Positions 52,911-64,000 of a DNA stretch of 64,000 nucleotides are shown here, in pieces. The stretch's first letter is position 1. Each line of letters starts with the position of its first letter. The notes below the pieces were generated by a model. That model had not been told where the DNA came from. It did no database searches and worked only from the letters and a program-made list of their open reading frames with translations. The translations under genes and the position numbers were made by a program. Origin of the DNA: Trichoplax adhaerens (lineage: Eukaryota; Animalia; Placozoa); assembly GCF_000150275.1 (NCBI RefSeq), contig NW_002060968.1:529788-593787 (forward strand), read 5' to 3'.

Positions 52911-53915
52911 TTACTTTATACAGCTATTTCTGACAGTTTTAGTGTACATATTTAAAATTAAGTTTAAGAAGACTCTCCTAAAACTGGCACTTGCAAAATT
53001 ATACAGTATAGGATTTACGATACCTGGTATAAACATAATGTAGGAGGTTGTGTAAAGCAGATTATTAAACTGAATAAAACTTTCATAAGCAAATTTAGAT
53101 TCTTGGAGATAAAGACTAGAAATCCAAATCCAACAAACAAGGAATGGAATAAATGAACAAGCAGACAATATCGTCATAATTAATAACGATGCTATACAAA
53201 TTTTTCGTCGTTTTATCGATTTCATGACTTTAAGTTTATAATAAGAATCATCAAGAGGCGGATTATTTCTACATAGTTTAAGTATGATCCTAACATAGCA
53301 AAATAATATTACTAGAGACGGTAGTGAAACTGAAAAAATCGTAAAGACTAATACTAAAATAAAAGCCGTTAAAGCATCGCTCGGAATAAGAACAATAGAA
53401 AAACCTGCAATCTGATATGTATCGGTAGCACGCAAGATTGTCACTATTCCTGAGCAAATAAGAGCATAGATCCAAATACCAATAATATAAATCCAAATTT
53501 TACGTTTACTAACTGGTACAGATAGCGGACTTACAATCCCGCGATATCTTTCAAACGATATAAAAGACAAGGTAATCATTGAATTGGACGCAGAAAAGCT
53601 TGAAATAAAACTGGATGCAAGGCCAAATTTCAGATAATCTTGCTTGCCTGAACTATAGCTTTCTTCTTGATTATCTGTAATACTTATCGCTAGTATCACA
53701 TTTGCATTTACTGCTAAGCAGTATAAAATATCCGTTATTGCTAAATTAGCAATCATAATATGTAGTGGCTGTTGAAGATCTTTGCTGGAAATCACCAAAT
53801 AGCACACAATTACATTAAATAAAATGCCAACAGAACCGAGACTGAGTGTGGCCACTACTGAAAACACATTCAATGACTCATTTAAGGGAAGACTTGAATT
53901 CGTTAGATTAAACAT
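52911..53915 (-). CDS. Intronless orphan class A GPCR lacking the TM3-ECL2 cysteines
   Basis: NLAITD, ERY and NPILY; 334 aa intact. Confidence 0.92.
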   Translation of the reverse strand: MFNLTNSSLPLNESLNVFSVVATLSLGSVGILFNVIVCYLVISSKDLQQPLHIMIANLAITDILYCLAVNANVILAISITDNQEESYSSGKQDYLKFGLASSFISSFSASNSMITLSFISFERYRGIVSPLSVPVSKRKIWIYIIGIWIYALICSGIVTILRATDTYQIAGFSIVLIPSDALTAFILVLVFTIFSVSLPSLVILFCYVRIILKLCRNNPPLDDSYYKLKVMKSIKRRKICIASLLIMTILSACSFIPFLVCWIWISSLYLQESKFAYESFIQFNNLLYTTSYIMFIPGIVNPILYNFASASFRRVFLNLILNMYTKTVRNSCIK

Positions 53916-55183
53916 TTTGTGAAGTTGATGATAAGCTATTTCACAAATACACGAAACTTACATTCAGATTAATCAATTTAAATAAAATTATAAATGATTA
54001 TATAGACGATGATTAATCGAGGCTACTGTTGTACAATTACTCAAACTTGTAGAGACGATTGATAAAGTTAGTAATTTAATTTTGGACTTCTAACAAAAAC
54101 GAATAATTAGCAGATACAAATTGTTTAAAGTTGAGTCGTACTAAAATTTAATTTACTTTCATACCATGAAGCTGTCTCTACGCTAATACGCAGCGTGTTT
54201 GTCTGCTACCCTTAACTAAAGGCTATTGAATAATTTTGCTCTATAAATTTAATAGTTCCAGTCCATAAAAATATCAGCGCCCCGCCCCACTATTTTAAGG
54301 AATCTATTTAACTTAAGTAGGATTCCTGCCCATTTCACAATAAAGGCTAATAATAGTCCTACATCTGAGGAATTACTGTGTACGTAAAGAAAGCTAATGT
54401 CAAGTTTCAAACTTCTGCGGCATTATAAAATTATCAGGTAATTTGCTAGTAGAAATCGGTGCTTGATACTTTTAGGTAATAGTAGGATGTAGTTGTAGAT
54501 TTAAAATTATTTTAACTTTATTGTTAAAAACTTAATGTTTTAAAATATGTTACGCGAATTTTCAAGTTTATTACCTATTTAATATTCGATAAACCTTATT
54601 TATTACTCTGTCGCAGATATTATTGATTAAAGTGATTGCTTGTTTTAATTATTAGATTGGAATATTAAATTAATGATATTTTATGCTAGTATTAAATACA
54701 GCAATAGTTATTACATTCTGATCTCAAAGTTAGGATTAATTTTCATAAGAAATTAGTTTTAACTTCCATAACTCATCATTTATCGAACCTTTTAGAAATA
54801 TAGTTCGATTCTTGGTTAGTAAATAAAGGATAATAATAATATTAAGATTGACTATCCTCATAATAATCAGAAAAGAATTCTATAAGACCATCAATACTAA
54901 ATATAAGACGACTTTTTATAGTACGGAGAAATACCAATACTATTTTGACACCAATGCACCTTATTTAATTCTTATCCATATAAAATATTCTAAGAAAGTT
55001 ACAGAGCCATGTAATCTAGTGAACATAATATCAGTGAAGAGTTTAGCTATTTTACTTTTACTGATTTCGATAGCTCACCCAAATGTTACATTAATGCCTT
55101 GATACTGACTAAATCTCTTGAAATCGTAAGATATGTCTCCTAGATGGTTAGCATAAAACCGATAATAACTCTCTTAATACTGA

Positions 55184-55633
55184 TTTTGATGGAGGGTTCG
55201 AAGAGTCAGATAATGTGGTTTTAGTTGCCATGCAGAGAATTGCATAAGAACTTAAGAAAAGAGGATACTTTTATTGTAGATAGTAGTTAGGTACGGTAGG
55301 TCAGCGTGGTAGCTGCCTTGAGTAAAGTGTGAATACCAAGTGTGACTAATAATGCAACTTAATAAATCTAAGGTAGAAAACGGCAATATTTATAGCTATG
55401 GCATTAGAACGCATGCAGAGAACATGATTGTAGGAATAGATACAACATATACCATAACAGGTCATAGAATAACAGATGATTGTAGAAAATAGTGAGGACT
55501 GTAATAGCTAAAAGTAGTAAGCCATATTTGAATATAGAGCGAACAGACCGTAGATATGTCTAAATATAAGATCAATACAACATGTCTATATTTAAGAGCA
55601 GAATATAGTTACAGTATATTCTAAATATACTAC
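55184..55633. mobile_element. 450-bp insertion flanked by ACTGA direct repeats
   Basis: Absent from the paralogous site at ~52842. ACTGA at 55179-55183 and 55634-55638; subterminal hairpin AGAATATA/TATATTCT. Class unknown. Confidence 0.55.
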
Positions 55634-55702
55634 ACTGAGTAAAATTTTAAACGTTAATGCGTTCAGATGAAGATATTTTAATGATTCTAGACACGATAAG
55701 TC

Positions 55703-56707
55703 TTACTTTATACAGCTATTTCTGACAGTTTTAGTGTACATATTTAAAATTAAGTTTAAGAAGACTCTCCTAAAACTGGCACTTGCAAAATTATACAGTA
55801 TAGGATTTACGATACCTGGTATAAACATAATGTAGGAGGTTGTGTAAAGCAGATTATTAAACTGAATAAAACTTTCATAAGCAAATTTAGATTCTTAGAG
55901 ATAAAGACTAGAAATCCAAATCCAACTAACAAGGAATGGAATAAATGAACAAGCAGACAATATCGTCATAATTAATAACGATGCTATACAAATTTTTCGT
56001 CGTTTTATCGATTTCATGATTTTAAGTTTATAATAAGAATCATCAAGAGGCGGATTATTTCTACATAGTTTAAGTATGATCCTAACATAGCAAAATAATA
56101 TTACTAGAGACGGTAATGAAACTGAAAAAATCATAAAGATTAATGTTAAAATAAAAGCCGTTAAAGCATCGCTCGGAATAAGAACAATAGAAAAACCTAC
56201 AATCTGATATGTATCGGTAGCACGCAAGATTGTCACTATTCCTGAGCAAATGAGAGCATAGATCCAAATACCAATAATATAAATCCAAATTTTACGTTTA
56301 CTAACTGATACAGATAGCGGACTTACAATCCCACGATATCTTTCAAACGATATAAAAGACAAGGTAATCATTGAATTAAATACAGAAAAGCTTGAAATAA
56401 AACTGGATGCCAGGCCAAATTTCAGATAATCTTGCTTGCCTGAACTATAGCTTTCTTCTTGATTATCTGTAATACTTATCGCTAGTATCGCACCTACATT
56501 TACTGCTAAGCAGTATAAAATATCTGTTATTGCTAAATTAGCAATCATAATATGTAGTGGCTGTTGAAGATCTTTGCTGGAAATCACCATATAGCATATA
56601 ATTATGTTAAATAAAATGCCAATAGAACCGAGACTGAGTGTGGCCACTACTGAAAACACATTCAATGACTCATTTAAGGGAAGACTTGAATTCGTTAGAT
56701 TAAACAT
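55703..56707 (-). pseudogene. Recent duplicate of the 52911 GPCR with one premature stop (Q271*)
   Basis: Same 1005-nt span as 52911-53915. CAA>TAA at 55897-55895 removes TM7/NPILY; the downstream frame is otherwise intact. Confidence 0.85.
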
Positions 56708-57791
56708 TTTGTGAAGTTGATGATAAGCTATTTCACAAATACACGAAACTTACATTCAGATTGATCAATTTAAATAAAATTATAAATGATTAGATAGACG
56801 ATGATCAATCGAGGCTACTGTTGTACAATTACTCGAACTTTTAGAGACGATTGATAAAGTTAGTAATTTAATTTTGGACTTCTAATAAAAACAAATAATT
56901 AGCAGATACAAATACAAATTGTTTAAAGTTGAGTCGTACTAAAATTTAATTTACTCTTATACTATGAAGCTATCTCTGCGCAAATACGCAGAGAGGTTGC
57001 CTGCCATTCTATGAAAATTAAGATAAGTTTTAATTAATTTCTATTGGCCTCGCTCAACCATCTTAAGGAGTCTTTTTAACTTTAGCAAGATCCATGATAA
57101 TTTTCAAAATAAAGGTTGATGATATTGCTTAATGTAACTTGAGTAAATACCCTATAATTCAATGAGACTAATATGAAGCTCACATCTTTTTTAATTCTGT
57201 TGATTTATCGGGGAAATTTACAGGCTTTAAGGTATAAGTTGCTCGATACTTTGAAGAAGTGGTGGAACGTAATTGTAATTTCTAAATCTATTTTACTTTA
57301 TAACCAAACGCAAAATGTTTCAGCATATATTATATGAATTTTTTAATTTATTAATGATGTAAAATAAGACAGATTTTATTAAATCTGGTCAAAGTTGCAG
57401 TGTTAAATGACGTTAAGGTTAGGACTACTTTTAAAAAATAGATTGTTTACACTTCGATATTGTATCGACAACGAAAATGTCTTAGAAGTAAAGTTCGATT
57501 CTGGTAAATGAATTCTGAAAATATTATTGTCAGGATAGCCAATCCTAATTTTAGCCCTAGTAGAAAGGATACAATGCCGCCAATGCCAACTAAGGACAGT
57601 TTGTGACGATATATCGATACTGCCATTACACCCATCCCTCCTTTTGATACTAACTGTTACAAAAAGTCTAATATAGCCATGTTACCTTACATTATCGCGT
57701 AGTTGTGAATTGTTGTTATACTATCAGCTTTATTCACGTTTTTAAACTTTTAGCCTTCATTTTCTAATAACCAAAGGACATAGTTTAATAT

Positions 57792-58793
57792 CTACCTATA
57801 AATTATTAGACTGCTAAAATATATTCTTACTCTTTTAAGCATCATTTTAATTTCCTTTTTAAAGTTATCACTTGCAAAATTATACAATATTGGGTTCAGG
57901 ATTGCTGGCAACAACATCAAGATTGTGAAAAGTTGAAAAAAGTACCAAGTCCCTTCGGGTACTTTCCAATGAAATTGTGAATCTTGCAGTTTTTGGAAAA
58001 ATAGCCAAACATACGATATAATGAACGGGCAAGACGCAGTTGAAGATATCACAGTGATGATCAAAAGCCAAATAATCGACCTGTATCTTTTACGAATGGA
58101 CTTCCTGATTCTTGTTTTATAACTGGAATCATCCATAGGAATAGTTTTTCGACATAACTTTACTAGGATGCAAACATAGCAAGTAAGAATGATGCTTAAA
58201 GGTATGAAACAGCCTATGGTAGCAAATACAGTTATTATTACTGTATCGACTACAACAGAACCAGAAGACAGCGATCCTGAACAATCGATAACATCATGGT
58301 GCTCGTAAGAGTTAAAGACCAAAAATATGGATGCCGCAGCTACAGTGTAAACCCAAAGGCTTAAAATAATAAATTTCAACTTGTGCTCTATAAAGGAAAA
58401 TTTTAACGGAAAAACTATTGCACGAAATCTTTCCATGCCAATTAGGGATAACGTTATAATAGAACTAGCTGAAGAAGTAACTCCTAAAAAATTGGCAATA
58501 TTACATATGATAGTAATACTGGTAATGGATAATTCAAGAAAAAGCTTGGGATTATGAGACGATATTACGACCAAAATGCAGTTGTAAATAGATACCATGC
58601 AATACATCATATCACCTATAGCTAGATTGGCGATCAAGCAATTTATCGGCTGCTGTAGATATTTTTTAGTAAAAATTAGCACACATACCGTCGTATTGAA
58701 GAAAATTCCTATAATACTAAGTACTGCGAGTGTTCCAAGAACAGGATAGCTCTGTAGTTTTAGGGCTGATGCCATTGAATCAGTTGCATTCAT
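57792..58793 (-). CDS. Intronless orphan class A GPCR
   Basis: NLAIGD, C3.25, ERF, DCSG and NPILY; 333 aa. Confidence 0.93.
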   Translation of the reverse strand: MNATDSMASALKLQSYPVLGTLAVLSIIGIFFNTTVCVLIFTKKYLQQPINCLIANLAIGDMMYCMVSIYNCILVVISSHNPKLFLELSITSITIICNIANFLGVTSSASSIITLSLIGMERFRAIVFPLKFSFIEHKLKFIILSLWVYTVAAASIFLVFNSYEHHDVIDCSGSLSSGSVVVDTVIITVFATIGCFIPLSIILTCYVCILVKLCRKTIPMDDSSYKTRIRKSIRKRYRSIIWLLIITVISSTASCPFIISYVWLFFQKLQDSQFHWKVPEGTWYFFQLFTILMLLPAILNPILYNFASDNFKKEIKMMLKRVRIYFSSLIIYR

Positions 58794-60397
58794 ATTAATT
58801 GATTAAAAAGGCTTATTAAGATTTTTTGGTGAAAATATTTTAGTCTAACGCGAAATAGAATTAACTGTACGTAAAAAGTAAGTATAATCAATTACGGCTT
58901 CTATTTCATATAGTCTTCTTATAAATGATGATAAAACTATTGAAACCAAAATTATATTTCAAAATGTATAATAATTAGCTTTAATGTCTAATATGAACCA
59001 TTTGAATGGAATCGTTTCCAAGGATTAAAAATTACTCAATTTGTCAATAAGTGTGCACCGATAATTAGTGGAATATCGTGATTGGATATTAAATTAAAAA
59101 GAAAACTAAGCATTGTGAATAATGTAGCGGTAAATGGTCGAATCAGGATCATTAGATATCACAAGTTAATGCAATAGTATTTCTAACATAAATTTATTAT
59201 CTGAATTACCAACAATCAAATGTTATAGTTAAATAATTGCTAGTAAGCGATTAATAGACTATCTATCTTATTCTATGTCAGGAATTTATCGTTATTTAAA
59301 TAATTTTTATGTAGTTACTTTTCAAGATATACTATGGTTTAGGCATATTATAATCGTTCCCAAAAAGACTATATTACGATATGCTAGGATAAATGAACAT
59401 GAGAAAAGATCTGTTGTGGAAGTTAATCTATCGAGTTGTAACTGTACAATATGGATGATACGATAAGAAATTTTAACAGTTGAGATACATTGCAGCTATA
59501 AAAAATAATTAATTACGTTCAATAAGACAAGAGTTAATTGCTATTTAAAAATCTTATAAAATGATACTGGCTTAATGCACTTAGTTTCAGGAAAATTTTC
59601 ATTTTCTGATATCCGAAGAATCAACTAATACATAATTTTGTATCGTGATAGAAATTCGTTTTCAAGACTGTTGAGAAACAAGTTTTCGATATTTTTTAGT
59701 GACAATAGCAGACTCATAGCTTGAAACTTCATTATTAATTACGTAAGAAAAATCTTCTAAATAAAGTTTAGCTAAGAAATTGGCTAGTACTAGCTTAGTA
59801 GAATGGTGTTAAACTGAATTGTAATAGCCATTAGTTAATAGAAATCATTTTCATTGACCATATAGTTTCTTGTAGGATAAAAGATAGACTAGCAAGGATA
59901 ATATTAGCTCAGAAATGTGCAGTAGGAGGGTAGTTTTAATCTATGACAAGCTATTAGCTAGACTTACTAGATTAAAGGGAAAAATAACACTTATTTCATT
60001 TTATACTCATAATATAACTCATACCTTAAATCTGCCATGCCAGCATTACAACAATTAAATTTACTCATTCTGTAGTGGAAGAGAATTATAGTATTATAAT
60101 TTCATATTCTATCACTAATCTATGCACATTGATTGATTTTATAGTGTCACCCTTTTAGTAATCATAATTTAGTGGTAGTCATGTTAAAAGCTTTAATGTC
60201 TCAAAATTAAATCAAATGCCACCCTGTATTATTCATCCATTCTTTCCAAAGAGAAAAATAACAATATTATATCAGAGTATCCGGAGTGGCCTTAAACTGT
60301 GCTTTAGTAGCTATTTGTTAATGCGAATTTATTAACGTTGGCTCAAGAGTTGTCGTAAGGATAAAATATAGAGTAGTGACGATAATATCAGCATAGC

Positions 60398-61032
60398 TGT
60401 GACAGTGTTAAATACTGTATTACAGTAGAAATATCTATGTTAGGATAATTCTTGTTAGCCTATCCTGATTTAGTTAACCTCTAATTTGGATATACTGTGC
60501 TTTAATATAGCACTGACTTTTTATGACAGTGACACATATACACATACTGAAACTAATAGTTATAATAGGGAATGCAAATCATCTACTTACAGTTCCAATC
60601 ATTGTGATTGTAATGTACTTATGGTAGATCGTAAATTATCATGGAAATGTTCCGTGATAGGACATATCGTAATCTGACTATTCTGTATTAGTCATTATAT
60701 GTCTATGTTGGTAAATACTGTTGTCTGCATTAAGGGAGCTGTAGCTGAAATTAATATCTAATTCAGTAAATGATTCTAATGTTAATTGTATTAACTATGA
60801 CTCATGAACTATTGAGGATTAGTATATAAATAAATGCAGTATATCGTACAATAAAGTGAATTCTCAAGCTTAGTGTTTAACGTAAAATACGAGGCGTCTA
60901 AGTCTTTATGTAGTCTGCTAGTAGAGCAAAAGTGTTTGTAATAGTGCAGATATCGTTCCTTGATACGTGGTTCAAGGAATTGACTTATTGATCGTATATT
61001 GCGTTATCTTGTTGCAAAGCTGTTTTGTGAGA
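60398..61032 (+). mobile_element. Solo LTR, 635 bp, perfect TSD ATAGC
   Basis: ATAGC at 60393-60397 and 61033-61037; TGTGACA start, TGTGAGA end (C>G); TATA and AATAAA inside; near-identical to 50720-51355 but with unrelated flanks. Confidence 0.9.
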
Positions 61033-62708
61033 ATAGCAACAAGCAGTAAAAGAATAATTCTAATCTATAGCTTACTGCCATGAAGATTTACTAGATCAAA
61101 GGCAAAAAAGGATACCTATTTCATTTCAGACTTCACTTCAATTATGTTTATTTCCGCTGAGGTAAAAGCAAATTAAAGAAAAATAGATTTACATTCTACT
61201 ACCCGGCTATGCATACTGATTTTACAACAGTACTTGTTCAAATAAACGTAGTTTGGTGCTAGTTGTGATATTTATGCTAAGAAAACTGACACCTCAAAAA
61301 TGAATCGAATGCTTTCCTGTGACAGGCTTCTATTTATTCAAAAGAGACGAAATACAATATTGTATTATATCATACGAAAAATTGGAAAAGATTAAATTAT
61401 GCTGAAAAGATGGTAACTTGCGCAAGAATTAAGGCACAATCTTTAACTGAATCTACGATAAAGTCTATATGCACTTAAGAATATATTATTAATTGATCAT
61501 ACGAAATAGCTAAAATTAACGTATTTGAGTGAAGTCGAAAATTTGTTTGCAATAAAGCTTTCGAATAACAAATAAATGAAAGGTAACTTTTTTACTCTCT
61601 AATAACTTTTAAATACAACTATCTTCCCAAGCTATTTTCTTAAAGTCAGCTACATCACAGTATCGAAATAAAACTCTGATAGCTAATTTTTATAAATTTT
61701 GTATTAAATACTAGCTTTAGCATGCAATTATAAAAGAATTTTTAGAATTCTACTGTACTACTTGTTGTTATGGAAGTAAAATTAGCATCTTGGATGACTT
61801 TTACTAACAATTGTAGCTCTATTCATTGCCATTTTTAAGAGTCACGAACGCGTTCATCATTAACACGCAATCTTATTCATGAGAATTTGTTTACTTCCGC
61901 ATTATGTTAGCTTGTGAATTTTTGCTTTATCAGGTGAAATTTTTCTATCTAAGCATTGTCATTCCTAATTAATGAACCAGACTGAATAAAGTTCTGAATA
62001 GAAGGTTCCTTAATACACTAATAGCAAAATAAGAGATAATGATATAGTATGACCATTGATTGCAGATAAAATGTATTCAGTGTTCTCCTACTATTGGGAT
62101 CTTCAAACTGCTAGGTACAGTAAGGTATGATTTCCTCTTGAAATAAGCGACATTTACTCAATGACTTATACTAAGCGATTTAAATATTTTATTTATCGTA
62201 TAGTGGCCATTCTGTTAATGTTTGAAATGCGGATCTGAAAATTCTTCAATTAAAAATAATAGGTTTTACTAAACTTGGTACTACAGAGCTGTACATGGCT
62301 TACCACAATCAAATGATAATAATTTAGCTTATTGGTGTCATTTAGCCAACGCAGTATATTTTCGGCATATTATTATATGCATTCAAACCATGTTACAGTA
62401 ATTTTATACGCGCTTCAGCTCAGATGCTGTTAGAATTATTAGATCAACTAGATTTGTAATAGCAATCTAGTATACATAGTAAAATAAAATCCCCCTTAAA
62501 CTACAGTGCTTTGTAAATATAGGAAACTAGTACTAGCATTAATATAGTTATAAAGTAAGGATGAACTTAATAGGATTGTAGATTTTAATCTTATAATGAT
62601 TTCAATGATGTTAAGCTATGCTATTTTGATGATAGCTATATACATATATTTATGTAACGTATCGTCCTAATATAGATATTGATCAACTATTAGTCACGTG
62701 TTAAAAGT

Positions 62709-62728
62709 TAATAATAATAATAATAATA
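62709..62728. repeat. (TAA)n microsatellite
   Basis: About six TAA units. Confidence 0.7.
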
Positions 62729-64000
62729 TAGAAATAATCTTCAAGTAGGGGTAGTTGCTAATGTAAAATTGAAGACAATGTATGTTTTCGTCTTTGATCG
62801 CTAAATAAATTTCCTCTAAGCTAAGATGGGTTGTTGTGTACTAAATTTCATATGAATATAATGACGAGTAGTTTATTATAACTTCGCTATACTAGTAATT
62901 TGTTCATATATAACATGAATAGGCTAAGTCATAATTTATATAGTATTTTAAACAATAATTTCTCAAACTAACGTTTTGAATTTCGATTCACAATGAGTTT
63001 TCTTTAAAAAGTATTAGGATTAGCAAGTACAGTATGCATAATGGTGACATAGTCGAAATAAAATTAACCGTGTGTATCTCAGTTTTATCATCTTAAATAT
63101 GTGCTAAACCGATACAGTCAATTCTGTAACCACTGATTCTAATTTCCATTAACCAAATTAGATTGAAAATTGATTTTGCGAGCGAAACCTTATAATACCT
63201 TGCCTATTTTTCTACGATTGATTAAACAATCTGTAAGCTTTATATCAATTGCAGCAGAACTAATCAATCCGGCTTGCAGCTGTTCCTGATTTCAAGAATA
63301 AGAATCATCCAACCGGCATAAGCTATTACTTGGTTTAATCAATAACATTTTTACAGTTTTGAGAAGAAACAATTATTAAACATTTTAAGCGATTGCAACA
63401 GAATTGATTACAGCATCATGAATTTCGAATAAATTCTAATTATAAATCATTTCCGGTATTCTTAGATTTCAGGCTAATAAATTATTGATTTGTTGATAAG
63501 TTCCCAAATTCCTGTTATAAATTAGCAAATACAGTACATAAATCCATGCAAGGCATCTGTAGTTCAAAATATTTCAATCATGAGGCCATATCCTATCTAT
63601 TAATTTACGCGATGGCAAAGAATAAAATTGAGGTAGCTACGGTTTATGTCACAAATATCAAATTAATAGCGTAAGACTATAAGAGGAACTACAACTTTCT
63701 AAGACGACTATCAATATCTATTTAATTTCTTGGAATTATTTGCACTTTCATTAAACTATTTCGCTGTTTGCATCAATTATTCAAAATCAATAATACACGA
63801 TATTCGTATATGTTTAGAAGAACAAAAATGGCTGATTTTTATGCCGTTGAAATCAAATGAACACATATGGTAAAGTTGCTTTTGGCGAATTGATTGCATC
63901 TGATGCTTGTATATGTTTGTATAAAGTATATAAATCCATTTTTATGCCACTTAAATTAACAAACATCCCTGGTGAAATTGTTTTTTGATGAATCGATAGC

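Larger units (their letters stand above)
52000..57430. repeat. Tandem GPCR-unit duplications: near-identical 52840-54200 vs 55635-56990; diverged spacers starting ~52005, ~54280 and ~57045
   Basis: Direct sequence comparison of CDS and flanks; the spacer motif cccgcccaactgttttagga / cccgccccactattttaagga / cctcgctcaaccatcttaagga recurs three times. Confidence 0.85.

Noticed and set aside
63100-63600. Coding-looking stretch near the window end
   Set aside because: No open frame or identifiable domain found.
1-64000. CRISPR arrays, prokaryotic operons/defence systems, rRNA or tRNA genes
   Set aside because: No regularly spaced repeats or RNA-gene signatures seen; spliceosomal introns show the DNA is eukaryotic.

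Overview
AT-rich eukaryotic (animal) genomic DNA with many short introns and tandem intronless rhodopsin-class GPCRs. The style suggests a placozoan such as Trichoplax, but this is inference and is unverified. Left to right: (1) a 3-exon gene encoding a Mutator/MULE-transposase-derived protein with degenerate catalytic motifs; (2) two class A GPCR paralogues in an old inverted duplication, interleaved with a broken PARP pseudogene; (3) a ~12.5 kb tandem segmental duplication in which each unit carries a decayed kelch-like remnant and an intact 26-exon PARP1-like gene that the ORF track misses; (4) a minus-strand array of orphan GPCRs (3 intact, 1 with a single nonsense change, 2 pseudogenes); (5) three solo LTRs with 5-bp target-site duplications. 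Main finding: manual splicing of both PARP1-like genes gives ~780-aa Zn3(PADR1)-BRCT-WGR-like-HD-ART proteins that lack Zn1/Zn2 and the WGR motif. Their catalytic H-Y-E triad reads L-Y-K, the nicotinamide pocket is remodelled, and the reading frames are intact. They look like an expanded pseudo-enzymatic or neofunctionalised PARP family, with a U12-type intron splitting the codon at the catalytic-Glu position.
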